A DNA stretch of 57,208 nt, taken from contig JAKAQK010000001.1 of NCBI GenBank assembly GCA_021822625.1, positions 1 through 57,208 of the forward strand, given 5' to 3'. The stretch's first letter is position 1. Each line of letters begins with the position of its first letter. Shown piece by piece: positions 28,387 through 38,154 of the stretch. The translations under genes and the position numbers were made by a program. This DNA is from a bacterium (lineage in GTDB: Bacteria; SZUA-79; Acidulodesulfobacterales; Acidulodesulfobacteraceae). The notes beneath the pieces were generated by a model, which saw only the letters and a program-made list of their open reading frames with translations, made no database searches and was not told where the DNA came from.

Positions 28387-30072
28387 TTATTTCTTTTTAT
28401 ATTTAACGGCTACCGATACAAATTCTTTAAACAATGGATGCGGCGACAATGGCGATGATTTAAACTCAGGATGAAATTGACAGCCTAAAAACCACTTGCG
28501 GTCTGCTAATTCACATATTTCAACTAATCTGCCGTCCGGAGAAAGTCCTGAAAATACAAATTTTCCGTCATTAAATATCTCTTTATATTTATTATTAAAC
28601 TCAAACCTGTGCCTGTGTCTTTCAGAAATATAAACTGAACCGTCAAGGTTTGTCTTTACAAGATTCTTATTGTTTTCGCTATTTGTTTTTTTGGAGTTTT
28701 TATAATAAATATTATAAGCAAGCGTATTTTTCTTAAGAACGCATGGATAGGCGCCAAGACGCATAGTGCCGCCCATTTTGCCTATATTTTTCTGATTTTC
28801 CATTAAACTGATAACAGGATTAGGCGTATTTTCATTAAACTCCAAAGAATCCGCATCGTTAATACCTAAAACATTTCTGGCGTATTCGACGGTCATAAGC
28901 TGCATACCGAGACAGATGCCAAAATACGGAATATCGTTCTGTCTTGCGTATGTTATAGCGTTAATCATACCGACTACACCTCTCGAGCCGAATCCTCCGG
29001 GTACAAGAATGCCTCCGCAGCAGGATAATTTATTGAGAGCTTCCTCAACTTTATCGGTATCGCCTTCAAAATCTTCTGAATTAAAATATATAATATCTAC
29101 CGAAACATTATTGGCAAGACCGCCGTGAATCAAGCTTTCATTCAAACTTTTATAAGATTCTTTGAGGTCGACATATTTACCGATTATACCTATCTGTACA
29201 GAGCCTTTGGTATTTTTAAATCCGTTAGAAATTTTTGACCATGCGCTTAAATCCGGAGACTTTGCCCATATATTTAAATATTCGATAATTTTAGCGTCAA
29301 GTCTTTCTTTATGTAAACTTAAGGGCACATCGTAAATACTTTTTTCATCTTTTGCCGTAATAACCGCATCTTGTTCTACATTGCAAAATAAAGCAATTTT
29401 AGCCCTGATATCCTCGGGAAGCAGTCTGTCGGCCCTGCATATTATTATATTAGGCTCTATACCTATCGCTCTGAGTTCTTTTACGGAATGTTGCGTAGGT
29501 TTAGTTTTTAATTCGTCGGCGGTACTGATATACGGAACAAGGGTAAGATGTATATAAAGAACATTTTCTCTGCCTTTATCCAATTTAAACTGCCTTATAG
29601 CTTCAAGAAAGGGAAGGCTTTCAATATCGCCTACCGTTCCGCCTATTTCTATTATTGCAACATCTTTTTTTTCAGAAACTTTAATAATATTTTTTTTAAT
29701 CTGGTCGGTAATATGCGGGATAACCTGTACCGTTTTTCCGAGATAAATCCCTTTTCTCTCATTATTTATTACTGCGTCATATACCTGACCGCTGGTAAAA
29801 TTATTAATTTTGGTTAAAGACAGCGAAGTAAATCTTTCATAATGACCTAAATCAAGGTCGGTTTCAGCTCCGTCATCCGTCACAAAAACTTCTCCATGCT
29901 GAAACGGGTTCATCGTGCCCGGGTCAACGTTTATGTACGGGTCAAGTTTCTGTATAGTAATACTTAGTCCCCTTGCTTCTAGAAGCGCGCCTATGGAAGA
30001 CGAGGCTATGCCTTTTCCGAGACTTGAAACAACGCCTCCCGTCACAAATATATATTTTGTTTTACTGTTCAT
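28387..30072 (-). CDS. pyrG: CTP synthase
   Basis: It has [18 protein letters not shown] and the GATase domain GICLGMQ...HRHRFEFN. A short Asn/Lys-rich insertion is present. Confidence 0.97.
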   Translation of the reverse strand: MNSKTKYIFVTGGVVSSLGKGIASSSIGALLEARGLSITIQKLDPYINVDPGTMNPFQHGEVFVTDDGAETDLDLGHYERFTSLSLTKINNFTSGQVYDAVINNERKGIYLGKTVQVIPHITDQIKKNIIKVSEKKDVAIIEIGGTVGDIESLPFLEAIRQFKLDKGRENVLYIHLTLVPYISTADELKTKPTQHSVKELRAIGIEPNIIICRADRLLPEDIRAKIALFCNVEQDAVITAKDEKSIYDVPLSLHKERLDAKIIEYLNIWAKSPDLSAWSKISNGFKNTKGSVQIGIIGKYVDLKESYKSLNESLIHGGLANNVSVDIIYFNSEDFEGDTDKVEEALNKLSCCGGILVPGGFGSRGVVGMINAITYARQNDIPYFGICLGMQLMTVEYARNVLGINDADSLEFNENTPNPVISLMENQKNIGKMGGTMRLGAYPCVLKKNTLAYNIYYKNSKKTNSENNKNLVKTNLDGSVYISERHRHRFEFNNKYKEIFNDGKFVFSGLSPDGRLVEICELADRKWFLGCQFHPEFKSSPLSPHPLFKEFVSVAVKYKKK

Positions 30073-30914
30073 AAATGTTTTTCTAAACCTAATACGTCTC
30101 TCATATCATAAAATCCCATTTTTTTATCTTTTAGCCATAAAGCCGCTTTAATTGCGCCTTTTGCAAAATTATTCCTTGATATTGCTTTGTGGGTTATCTC
30201 TATAACTTCGTCATTTCCGGCGAAGATTACTTTATGTTCGCCTATAATATCGCCTGCCCTTACTGAAGATATGCCGATTTCATTTTCAAGCCTTTCGCCA
30301 ATTTCTCCGCATCTGCCATATACTGCAGATTCTTTAAGGTCAAGCTTTCTTTCTTCTGCAACTGCATTAGCAAGCATTAAAGCAGTTCCGCTTGGAGCGT
30401 CTTTTTTATGTCTATGATGCATTTCTATTATTTCGCAATCGTAATCTTTGCCGAGATATTTGGAAATATCATAAACGGTATTAAGCAACACATTGATACC
30501 TAAGCTCATATTTCCCGATAATACAACAGGCATATGTTTCGCAAAGCCGGTTATTTTAGCGATATCTTCATCGTTAAATCCCGTGGAGCCTATTACTATC
30601 GGGACGCTGTAAAGCATAGCCTCTTCGGCATGAATCAGCGAAGACTCTCTTGAAGTAAAATCAATGATAACCTTATTTTTTATGGAAGATGTAAAATGCA
30701 GCGCTTCTTTTAATGTTACAAACTTTCCGAAAGGGGTTTTTTTATCTTCTATGTCTTTAAGGTTTATAGATTCTTTAGTTATATTGTCTGAGTTATTAAT
30801 ATCAACGCCGCCAATGAGTATAAGGTCTTGACGCTGTTCATCTTTAAGCAGGGAAATTATAGATTGCCCCATCTTTCCGCTGCTGCCGCATGCTATAACC
30901 GCTGTTTTATCCAT
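30069..30914 (-). CDS. dapB: 4-hydroxy-tetrahydrodipicolinate reductase
   Basis: It has [11 protein letters not shown]-binding and [15 protein letters not shown] catalytic motifs. I prefer the ATG at 30914 to the TTG at 30923. The 3' end overlaps the pyrG start (ATGA). Confidence 0.9.
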   Translation of the reverse strand: MDKTAVIACGSSGKMGQSIISLLKDEQRQDLILIGGVDINNSDNITKESINLKDIEDKKTPFGKFVTLKEALHFTSSIKNKVIIDFTSRESSLIHAEEAMLYSVPIVIGSTGFNDEDIAKITGFAKHMPVVLSGNMSLGINVLLNTVYDISKYLGKDYDCEIIEMHHRHKKDAPSGTALMLANAVAEERKLDLKESAVYGRCGEIGERLENEIGISSVRAGDIIGEHKVIFAGNDEVIEITHKAISRNNFAKGAIKAALWLKDKKMGFYDMRDVLGLEKHL

Positions 30915-30979
30915 TAGTTTCAACCTTTTTAAAATTATATTTATTATCTTGATTATCTAATTAGTTCTATCCGAACTAA

Positions 30980-31852
30980 TTAAACTATACCGTAATCCTT
31001 TAACGCCTTATTGATATGCTCGATAGTCGAGCCTGAAGGTTCCGATAACGGCAATCTTATTTCATTTTCTATAAAACCCATAATATTTAAAGCTTTTTTA
31101 ACAGGAATAGGATTGGTTTCTATAAACATAGCGTGTATTAAAGGCAATAATTTAAAATTTAATTTCCTCGCGCTTTTATAGTCGCCTTTAAAACAATAAT
31201 CCGTCATAAGCGACATATCTTTAGGAGCAATATTCGAAACGGTAGATATTACGCCGTGACCGCCGATTGCAATTATAGGAAGCGTCATAGCGTCATCGCC
31301 TGATAATAAATAAAAATCTTCCGGCGCGTTTCTTAAAATTTTCGTAACCTGCTCTACCGAACCGCTCGCCTCTTTAATACCCTTTATATTTTCAATTTTT
31401 GAAAGCCGTAAAACAGTTTCCGGTAACATGTTGACGGATGTTCTCGTCGGAACATTATACAGAATTATGGGCAATTTTGCATTTTCCGATATCTTTCTGA
31501 AATGAAGATAGAGACCTTCTTGCGTAGGTTTATTATAATACGGAGTGATTTGCAAATGTCCGTCTATATGTAATTTCTCCGCTTCTTTAACTAATTCTAT
31601 CGCTTCTTGAGTGTTATTAGAACCGGTTCCCGCAAGAACTTTAATGCGTCCTGAAGCAAATTGCGCGGCAAGTTTGATAACCCTGATATGCTCCTCAAAT
31701 GAAAGCGTTGCGGATTCCCCTGTGCTTCCGCATGCAACTATTCCGCTTACGCCGTTTTCTATTTGAAATTCAATTAATTTTTGAAGGGAATCTTCGTCTA
31801 TTTTGTCTGCTTTAAAAGGTGTTACAATGGCAGTGTAAACTCCTTTAAACAT
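30980..31852 (-). CDS. dapA: 4-hydroxy-tetrahydrodipicolinate synthase
   Basis: MFKGVYTAIVTPF..., GSTGES, and an active-site Lys region IKGIKEASG. I prefer the ATG at 31852, behind the SD GGGAGA, to the track start at 31906. Confidence 0.95.
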   Translation of the reverse strand: MFKGVYTAIVTPFKADKIDEDSLQKLIEFQIENGVSGIVACGSTGESATLSFEEHIRVIKLAAQFASGRIKVLAGTGSNNTQEAIELVKEAEKLHIDGHLQITPYYNKPTQEGLYLHFRKISENAKLPIILYNVPTRTSVNMLPETVLRLSKIENIKGIKEASGSVEQVTKILRNAPEDFYLLSGDDAMTLPIIAIGGHGVISTVSNIAPKDMSLMTDYCFKGDYKSARKLNFKLLPLIHAMFIETNPIPVKKALNIMGFIENEIRLPLSEPSGSTIEHINKALKDYGIV

Positions 31853-32014
31853 ATTTTCATCTCCCGTTTTAATTAATTTATTCAACAAAACATATAAAAC
31901 GTACAAAAATAAAACAAAACGTATAAAATATATATAATATAATTAACATAATTAACCGCAGCAAGATTAAAGCGCAATAAACGGCTATGCTATACGCAAT
32001 ATAATAAATAAAAT

Positions 32015-33271
32015 TTATAATTTTAAATCCGGAATATTCTCTTTTTCTATTAAATCCTCATATTTTTCGCGCTCTCTTATAGTATAAAATTTATCGCCGT
32101 CCACCAAAATCTCTGCAACCCGCGGACGTGAATTATAATTAGACGACATAGAAAATCCGTAAGCTCCTGCGCTAAGGACGGCTAAGTAATCACCTTCGTA
32201 AATAGAATGAAAAGTTCTTTCTTTTCCCAGAAAATCTGCAGATTCGCATATAGGACCGACTATATCGGCTTTTATCTTAGAACCCGACTTTTTAATTACC
32301 GGAACTATTTCATGATAAGCTTCGTATAGAGCGGGACGTATCAAGTCATTCATTCCGCCGTCTACTATTATGAAATTTTTATGTCCGGTGCTTTTATTGT
32401 ATATAACCTTTGTTATAAATGCTCCGCTATTGCCTATAATAACCCTGCCTGGCTCAAAAATAACCTTGCCGTCGTAGTCTTTGAGAATCTCTTTGATTGA
32501 ATTAATATATGTAGAAGGGTGAGGGGGCATTTCGTTTTCGTAAGTTATACCGAGTCCGCCGCCCAAATCTAAATATCGTAGAGCGAAACCTCTATTGTTT
32601 AATTTTAATAACAAATCCTTAATAATTTTTACCGCATCGTTAAATGGCGAAATCTCGGTTAATTGGGAACCTATGTGACAATCAAGACCGACCACTTCAA
32701 TATTATTTAAGTTTCCGGCTTCGTCATAACTCTCCAACGCATGTTTAATATTAATTCCAAATTTATTTTTTTTCATACCGGTGGATATATAAGGATGCGT
32801 TTTAGGATCTACGTCAGGATTAACCCTAAAAGAAATTCTCGCCTTTTTACCCATATTTCCCGCTATTTTATTTATGAGATAGAGCTCGGACATAGATTCA
32901 ACGTTAAACATTAAGATATTGGAGTTTAACGCAAATTCTATTTCACCCTCAGTTTTTCCTACACCGGAATAAACAACCTTTGACGTATCGACGCTGGCTT
33001 TTATAGCTCTGTATAATTCCCCGCCGGATACGATATCGGCTCCCCAGCCTAATTTAAATAGGACATTTAAAATAGCAATATTAGAATTAGCCTTAACGCT
33101 AAAGCATACAATTGAATCCATGACTTTAGAACTTTCGTTGAAAGCTTTAAAATGTCTTTTTACGGTAGCTAAAGAATATAAGTAAAAAGGCGTTCCTACT
33201 TCTTCCGCTATTTTTTTTACTGGAACGGATTCGCAATAAAGTTCATTGTCCTTAAAAATAAAATCATTCAT
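32015..33271 (-). CDS. lysA: Diaminopimelate decarboxylase
   Basis: Fold-III PLP decarboxylase with FSVKAN (PLP Lys), LDLGGGLG, EPGR and CES.D motifs. Confidence 0.95.
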   Translation of the reverse strand: MNDFIFKDNELYCESVPVKKIAEEVGTPFYLYSLATVKRHFKAFNESSKVMDSIVCFSVKANSNIAILNVLFKLGWGADIVSGGELYRAIKASVDTSKVVYSGVGKTEGEIEFALNSNILMFNVESMSELYLINKIAGNMGKKARISFRVNPDVDPKTHPYISTGMKKNKFGINIKHALESYDEAGNLNNIEVVGLDCHIGSQLTEISPFNDAVKIIKDLLLKLNNRGFALRYLDLGGGLGITYENEMPPHPSTYINSIKEILKDYDGKVIFEPGRVIIGNSGAFITKVIYNKSTGHKNFIIVDGGMNDLIRPALYEAYHEIVPVIKKSGSKIKADIVGPICESADFLGKERTFHSIYEGDYLAVLSAGAYGFSMSSNYNSRPRVAEILVDGDKFYTIREREKYEDLIEKENIPDLKL

Positions 33272-33339
33272 TTTATTAAATAATTCCTTTTTTCTATAAA
33301 TTAATCATTAATTAAATTTTTTACGAATACCCAGACGAA

Positions 33340-34320
33340 TTACGACTTTCTTTCTACAACGTAATCTGCAAGAGCCATTAAGCTTTCTTTAACTATTGAA
33401 TCGTCGAATTGTTTCAAGCTATACTTTGCTTTTTCTATAGATTCATTAGCTTTTTCTATAGTATATTCAATAGAATTGTATTTATTTATAAGTTCTAAAA
33501 CATTTTTTAAATCATTTTTTGTAATCTTTTTTTTGAATATTATTTCTTTAAAATCCTCTTTCTCTTGAGCATCGCATCGTTCAAGCGTATGAATGACGGG
33601 CAGCGTAATCTTGCCTTCTTTTAAGTCGTTGCCTATATATTTTCCAAACGCTTCATTTTTTGAGGTATAGTCTAGTGTATCGTCCATTAACTGGAACGCT
33701 ATGCCTATATTTAAACCGTAATCGTAAAGATTCTGTTCGTATTCAGGTTCTGCGTCCATCCCCGATATAATAGCTCCTGCCTGTGAAGCACATGCGAAAA
33801 GAACCGCCGTTTTTTTTATAATTATATCTAAATATTCATCTTCGGCAGTATTAATATCCGCCGTTTTAACTAATTCTTTCACTTCCCCTTCTGCCATTAA
33901 CGTAGTTGCATTCGCATACGCAGATATTATTTTAAGATTATTTATTTTTGAAAGTATCTCAAAAGATTTGGCAAATAAATAATCGCCTACCAGGACAGAT
34001 GCTTCATTTCCAAAAACTATATTAGCAGAGCTTTGTCCTCTTCTTAAAAGAGCGCTGTCAACAACATCGTCGTGAAGAAGCGTCGCAGTGTGAATAAATT
34101 CTATGATAGTCGCAAGCAGTATGTGATCTTCTCCGGTATAGCCGCATAACTTTGCCGATAATATAACTAAAGCGGGTCTTATTCTTTTACCGCCGCTTGA
34201 TATAACATATTTTGCAACTTTATTTATTAACGGCGTATCAGACATTAAATAAATATCAAATTGCTTTTCTACTTTGCTAAGGTCATCTTCAATAAAATTA
34301 ATGTCAAACAAATCGGCCAC
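33340..34320 (-). CDS. Long-chain polyprenyl diphosphate synthase (IspB-like)
   Basis: It has GGKRIRP, first DDxxD LLHDDVVD and second DDxxD QLMDDTLD. It uses a GTG start. Product chain length is not determinable from the sequence. Confidence 0.85.
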   Translation of the reverse strand: MADLFDINFIEDDLSKVEKQFDIYLMSDTPLINKVAKYVISSGGKRIRPALVILSAKLCGYTGEDHILLATIIEFIHTATLLHDDVVDSALLRRGQSSANIVFGNEASVLVGDYLFAKSFEILSKINNLKIISAYANATTLMAEGEVKELVKTADINTAEDEYLDIIIKKTAVLFACASQAGAIISGMDAEPEYEQNLYDYGLNIGIAFQLMDDTLDYTSKNEAFGKYIGNDLKEGKITLPVIHTLERCDAQEKEDFKEIIFKKKITKNDLKNVLELINKYNSIEYTIEKANESIEKAKYSLKQFDDSIVKESLMALADYVVERKS

Positions 34321-34476
34321 CTTTATTTTTAATATTTAAGTAGTTATAATATTATTAAATCCCAAATGCTAATCGACTGCAAATTATTTTTATTTATTTT
34401 ATCTTATTTTATTGCTTTTTCTAATCGCTTTATTTAATTACTTAGCCTGACTGCTTTATTTAATCACGATATCTTC

Positions 34477-34520
34477 GGTTTATCTTGGGTTTATCTTGGG
34501 TTTATCTTGGGTTTATCTTG
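34477..34520. repeat. 11-bp tandem repeat x4 (GGTTTATCTTG)
   Basis: Four perfect copies lie in the radA-polyprenyl synthase spacer, ~160-200 bp upstream of the synthase start. Confidence 0.9.
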
Positions 34521-34608
34521 TTTTTATATCATTATATAATATATATAATATAGCCATGTTAGAATTGATGTGAAATTTGACATTCAAATGCATACTATTT
34601 TATTTTAC

Positions 34609-35961
34609 TTAAGTCAAATATTCAATGATTTTTTTTAATTTTGAAACAGGATGAAAATTAACATTTTTTATTATCTGGACTTCTTTCATATTTACCTCAG
34701 GTAAAATAACATCGGTAAATCCTAAATTTTTAGCTTCTCTGACCCTTGAAGAAGGATTATTTACTCCTCTTATTTCGCCGGTAAGTCCTATTTCCCCAAA
34801 AGCAATAAAGTTGGACGGAAGAGGTTTTTCATTATAACTTGAAATAACGGCAAGAGCAAGCGGCAAATCTATTGACGGTTCTTGTATGCTTAAACCGCCG
34901 GCTATTTTAATATATATTTCTTTAGAGGAAAGTTTAATACCCTCTTTCTTTTCTAAAACAGCTGCAATAATAGACACTCTTCCGCTGTCTATTCCAAGAC
35001 AAACTCTTTTAGGTACAGGCATGTAAGAATGAACTATAAGAGCCTGCACCTCTACAAGCAATGACCTGCTGCCTTCAAGACATGCTGAAATTACTGAACC
35101 TGTTGAACCTTCCTGTCTTTGATTAATAAAATACCCTGAGGGATTCTTAACTCCGGAAAGTCCATTTTCCGTCATTTCAAAGATACCTATTTCATTAGTA
35201 GAACCAAATCTGTTTTTATAGCATCTCAGAACGCGATAGGAATCGCTCTTATTTGAATCGAAATACAAAACGGTATCTACTATATGTTCCAATGTTTTAG
35301 GTCCTGCGAATAAGCCTTCTTTGGTGACGTGTCCGACTAAAAAAACACCGCATCCTTTTTCAAGACAAGCCGAAATAATTTCATGTGAAATTTGCCTTAA
35401 AGAATTTGGGCTCCCATATGCTTTATCGGATTCAGGAGACGTGACCCTCTGTATTGAATCAATAATAATAAAATCATAATCATTATTATTGATAATATAT
35501 AAAATCTCGCCAATTTCGTTAATAGCAAGCAAAAACATATTAGGAGAAACAGTTTTTAATCTTTTGGCGCGTGAGAGAAGCTGGCTTATAGATTCTTCGG
35601 TTGAGATATATAAAATCTTTAAACCTTCTTGAGATAAGCGGCTTGATACCTGAAGCATCAGCGTAGATTTGCCGATGCCGGGCTCACCGCCTATCAATAT
35701 GCTTTGAGCATCTACAACGCCGGAGCCTACCGCAAGATCAAATTCTTTAATTCCTGTAGCTATTCTTTCATGCGATTCCTGAAGCGGTGCGGATGCAGCA
35801 GATACCGCAATGACCGCAGGCGCTTTTTCATATCCGCATTTCGCTTTCTTCTCGGAAGAAACCTGCTCCGAAACCTCCGTCATAGTATTAAAATTATGGC
35901 ATTCGGAACATTTACCTACCCATTTTATTGATTGAGCGCCGCAAACAGAACATTGATACAT
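34609..35961 (-). CDS. radA: DNA repair protein RadA (Sms)
   Basis: It has an N-terminal C4 zinc finger CSVCG...CSECH, Walker A GEPGIGKST, the KNRFG motif and a Lon-protease-like C-domain. Confidence 0.95.
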   Translation of the reverse strand: MYQCSVCGAQSIKWVGKCSECHNFNTMTEVSEQVSSEKKAKCGYEKAPAVIAVSAASAPLQESHERIATGIKEFDLAVGSGVVDAQSILIGGEPGIGKSTLMLQVSSRLSQEGLKILYISTEESISQLLSRAKRLKTVSPNMFLLAINEIGEILYIINNNDYDFIIIDSIQRVTSPESDKAYGSPNSLRQISHEIISACLEKGCGVFLVGHVTKEGLFAGPKTLEHIVDTVLYFDSNKSDSYRVLRCYKNRFGSTNEIGIFEMTENGLSGVKNPSGYFINQRQEGSTGSVISACLEGSRSLLVEVQALIVHSYMPVPKRVCLGIDSGRVSIIAAVLEKKEGIKLSSKEIYIKIAGGLSIQEPSIDLPLALAVISSYNEKPLPSNFIAFGEIGLTGEIRGVNNPSSRVREAKNLGFTDVILPEVNMKEVQIIKNVNFHPVSKLKKIIEYLT

Positions 35962-36039
35962 TAATTATTTAAGAATATTTATTTTATTATATTATATTGT
36001 CTTTATATTTATTTATTTATTATACTTATTTTTCAAGAT

Positions 36040-36552
36040 TTATTTTTTTTCGGCATTATTAACCAATTTTAAAAACGTATCGTCCTCATCGTCAAATTCC
36101 GTCGTTAAAAACAATTTGACTTCTTTTTCCGAACCCCTTGTGTCTATCGTAACGCCGTTGTTTTTAACAATCAGAACATTGGCATTAAATTGCTTTCTTG
36201 ATTTTATTATATAATCTTCGCTTACTGCAAAAATAGCCCTTATATTTTTATATTTATTAAATATAATATTCATTACTTCATAATTTTCATTTAACAGGAC
36301 TATGCCGTATTCAAGCCTTCCCGACGATATGGCTTCAGCCATTTTATCCGCCATTTTAAAAATATCTTTATGCTGGTCTACCCGCGATGGACCTAAATCA
36401 TAAAGACTTGTCCATTGGGTATCAAGAAATATACCTATTTTTTCTTTAAAGAAAAAACTATCTTTGTCTGAAAATATGCCGACTTTAAGCGCTTTCTTCG
36501 TATCTCTGTCGTCAACATTGACAAAATCCTGCAAGTGCATCTGGGAAGCCAT
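36040..36552 (-). CDS. RpiB/LacAB-fold protein lacking the catalytic motif (function unknown)
   Basis: It aligns by eye to RpiB (..GIFSD.., AEAISSGRLEYGIVL, NIRAIF, FNANVL, FLTTEF). The CGTG(I/V)G catalytic-Cys loop is replaced by LNENYEV. I prefer the ATG at 36552 to the TTG at 36588. Confidence 0.55.
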   Translation of the reverse strand: MASQMHLQDFVNVDDRDTKKALKVGIFSDKDSFFFKEKIGIFLDTQWTSLYDLGPSRVDQHKDIFKMADKMAEAISSGRLEYGIVLLNENYEVMNIIFNKYKNIRAIFAVSEDYIIKSRKQFNANVLIVKNNGVTIDTRGSEKEVKLFLTTEFDDEDDTFLKLVNNAEKK

Positions 36553-36637
36553 TTTTAATTTAAACCTCCATATTTTTATTAATATCAATCTTTTAATTTA
36601 TTAATTCAACCTTATACTATTATTATATATCAAAAAA

Positions 36638-36822
36638 GACGCTAAAGATATATTATAATCTCAGCTAAGCGTAAAGTGGCTAAAGATATATTACAATAGC
36701 ATTTAAGCATAAAGGACGCTAAAGATTTATTATTATAATCTCAGTTAAGCGTAACGATGCTAAATATTTATTATTTAATCTCAGTTAAGTATAAGGATGC
36801 TGATGACTTATTAAAAAGCATC
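36638..36822. repeat. Minisatellite: ~4.5 tandem copies of a ~38-42 bp unit
   Basis: The units start at about 36638, 36679, 36717, 36759 and 36799. The consensus is roughly GCTAAAGATATATTATAATCTCAGYTAAGCGTAAMGDT. The last unit ends in a small hairpin, GATGCT..AGCATC. Confidence 0.85.
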
Positions 36823-36925
36823 AAAATATAAATAAGTTTTATCTTAAAAACAATTAAAAAATAACGGCAGCAGCATATCAATATTATTATTATCTGCGCT
36901 CTGCATCAAACTGATGCGAAGCATT

Positions 36926-38023
36926 TTATATAGAATGATAATCTGTAAAGGAAGGCCACGATCGTCTTACTATGCCGTCAAGTTCTTCCGGACTAAATTG
37001 TTCATATTTTTTTATATAAAAATTATTTCTTTTTGTTTTTGCTTTTAATAACGGTTTTTGAAAAATAGAAAAAAGTTCTTCTTTATAATCTGCAAGCAAA
37101 TTATTTCCAGTTTTCAAACTTTCATATATAAATTCTCCCGCCAATGTTCCTGAAATAACGGCGCTTAAATTACCTGCGCCGGTTATAGGATGCGTAAGCC
37201 CTGCAGCATCCCCGCAATATGCAATATTTCCGCATATTGTTTCATTAAGGGCTGAAATTGGTATTAAACCGGAAGTCTTTGATATTACTTCCCCGTCTAT
37301 AATACCTTTCTGCTTCATTTCACTTAAAAAAAGAGCAAAGGATTGCCCCAAATTTATATCATTGTGACTATGGTGTTCTATACCTATTCCGACATTTGCA
37401 AAATCAAGTTTAGGAAAAACCCAGCCGTAACCGTAAGGAATATAATTCCTGAAATAAACCATAGCGGAATTTAAACGTTTCAGGAGTTTAGTTTTAATCT
37501 GAATACCGTGTATATAAACTTCATTGCAAATATATCGGGCATTGTGTTTTTGAGCGCTAAAATCTATGAAATTTTTTGCTCCGGTTGCGATTACAAGATA
37601 TTTATAATTTATTTCTATTAAATTATTGCTTATTTTATCTCTTGCAATTAATTTATTTTCATTTTCGAATACCGCCTGAGCAAAAGTATTAGCTATTAAT
37701 TCCGTTCCTTTTTCAGCCGCAAGCATAGCAATGTAATAATCAAAAATTTCTCTATTTAATATATAACCTCTGCCGTCAAATTTATAATTCTCTTTTTCCG
37801 TGTTTACTTCCATATATTCGACATTTTGGCAGACTGCTTCCGGCTTATCCGTTAAATCTATATATTGATTTATATTAAGAGGAATAAACTCTGCGCATTG
37901 AACCGGCGTTCCGGGTTTTGCCTTTCTCTCCATAAGTATATTGCCGACGCCGCGCTTCGATAATTCGTAGGCGCAAGCGCTTCCGGCGGGTCCTGCCCCG
38001 ACAATCAGTACATCCGTTTTCAT
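36926..38023 (-). CDS. Geranylgeranyl reductase family FAD-dependent oxidoreductase
   Basis: It has N-terminal DVLIVGAGPAGSACA, a conserved Cys (VQCAEF), YGWVFP and GDAAG motifs. Confidence 0.8.
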   Translation of the reverse strand: MKTDVLIVGAGPAGSACAYELSKRGVGNILMERKAKPGTPVQCAEFIPLNINQYIDLTDKPEAVCQNVEYMEVNTEKENYKFDGRGYILNREIFDYYIAMLAAEKGTELIANTFAQAVFENENKLIARDKISNNLIEINYKYLVIATGAKNFIDFSAQKHNARYICNEVYIHGIQIKTKLLKRLNSAMVYFRNYIPYGYGWVFPKLDFANVGIGIEHHSHNDINLGQSFALFLSEMKQKGIIDGEVISKTSGLIPISALNETICGNIAYCGDAAGLTHPITGAGNLSAVISGTLAGEFIYESLKTGNNLLADYKEELFSIFQKPLLKAKTKRNNFYIKKYEQFSPEELDGIVRRSWPSFTDYHSI

Positions 38024-38154
38024 AAAGTTTATTTTTGCTGCTTTTTAGTTAGCCTGTTCAACTTAATTATCCAAACTGTCCCCACCGTCCTTACAAACAG
38101 AAACTATTCGGCAGTATTGGTTAAATTAAATTATTTTTATTAAACTATTTTTTA

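Noticed and set aside
36638-36822. Possible CRISPR array (regular ~40-bp repeats).
   Set aside because: The units are contiguous with no unique spacers and are only ~75-90 percent identical to one another. No cas genes are present in the window. It is a minisatellite, not a CRISPR array.
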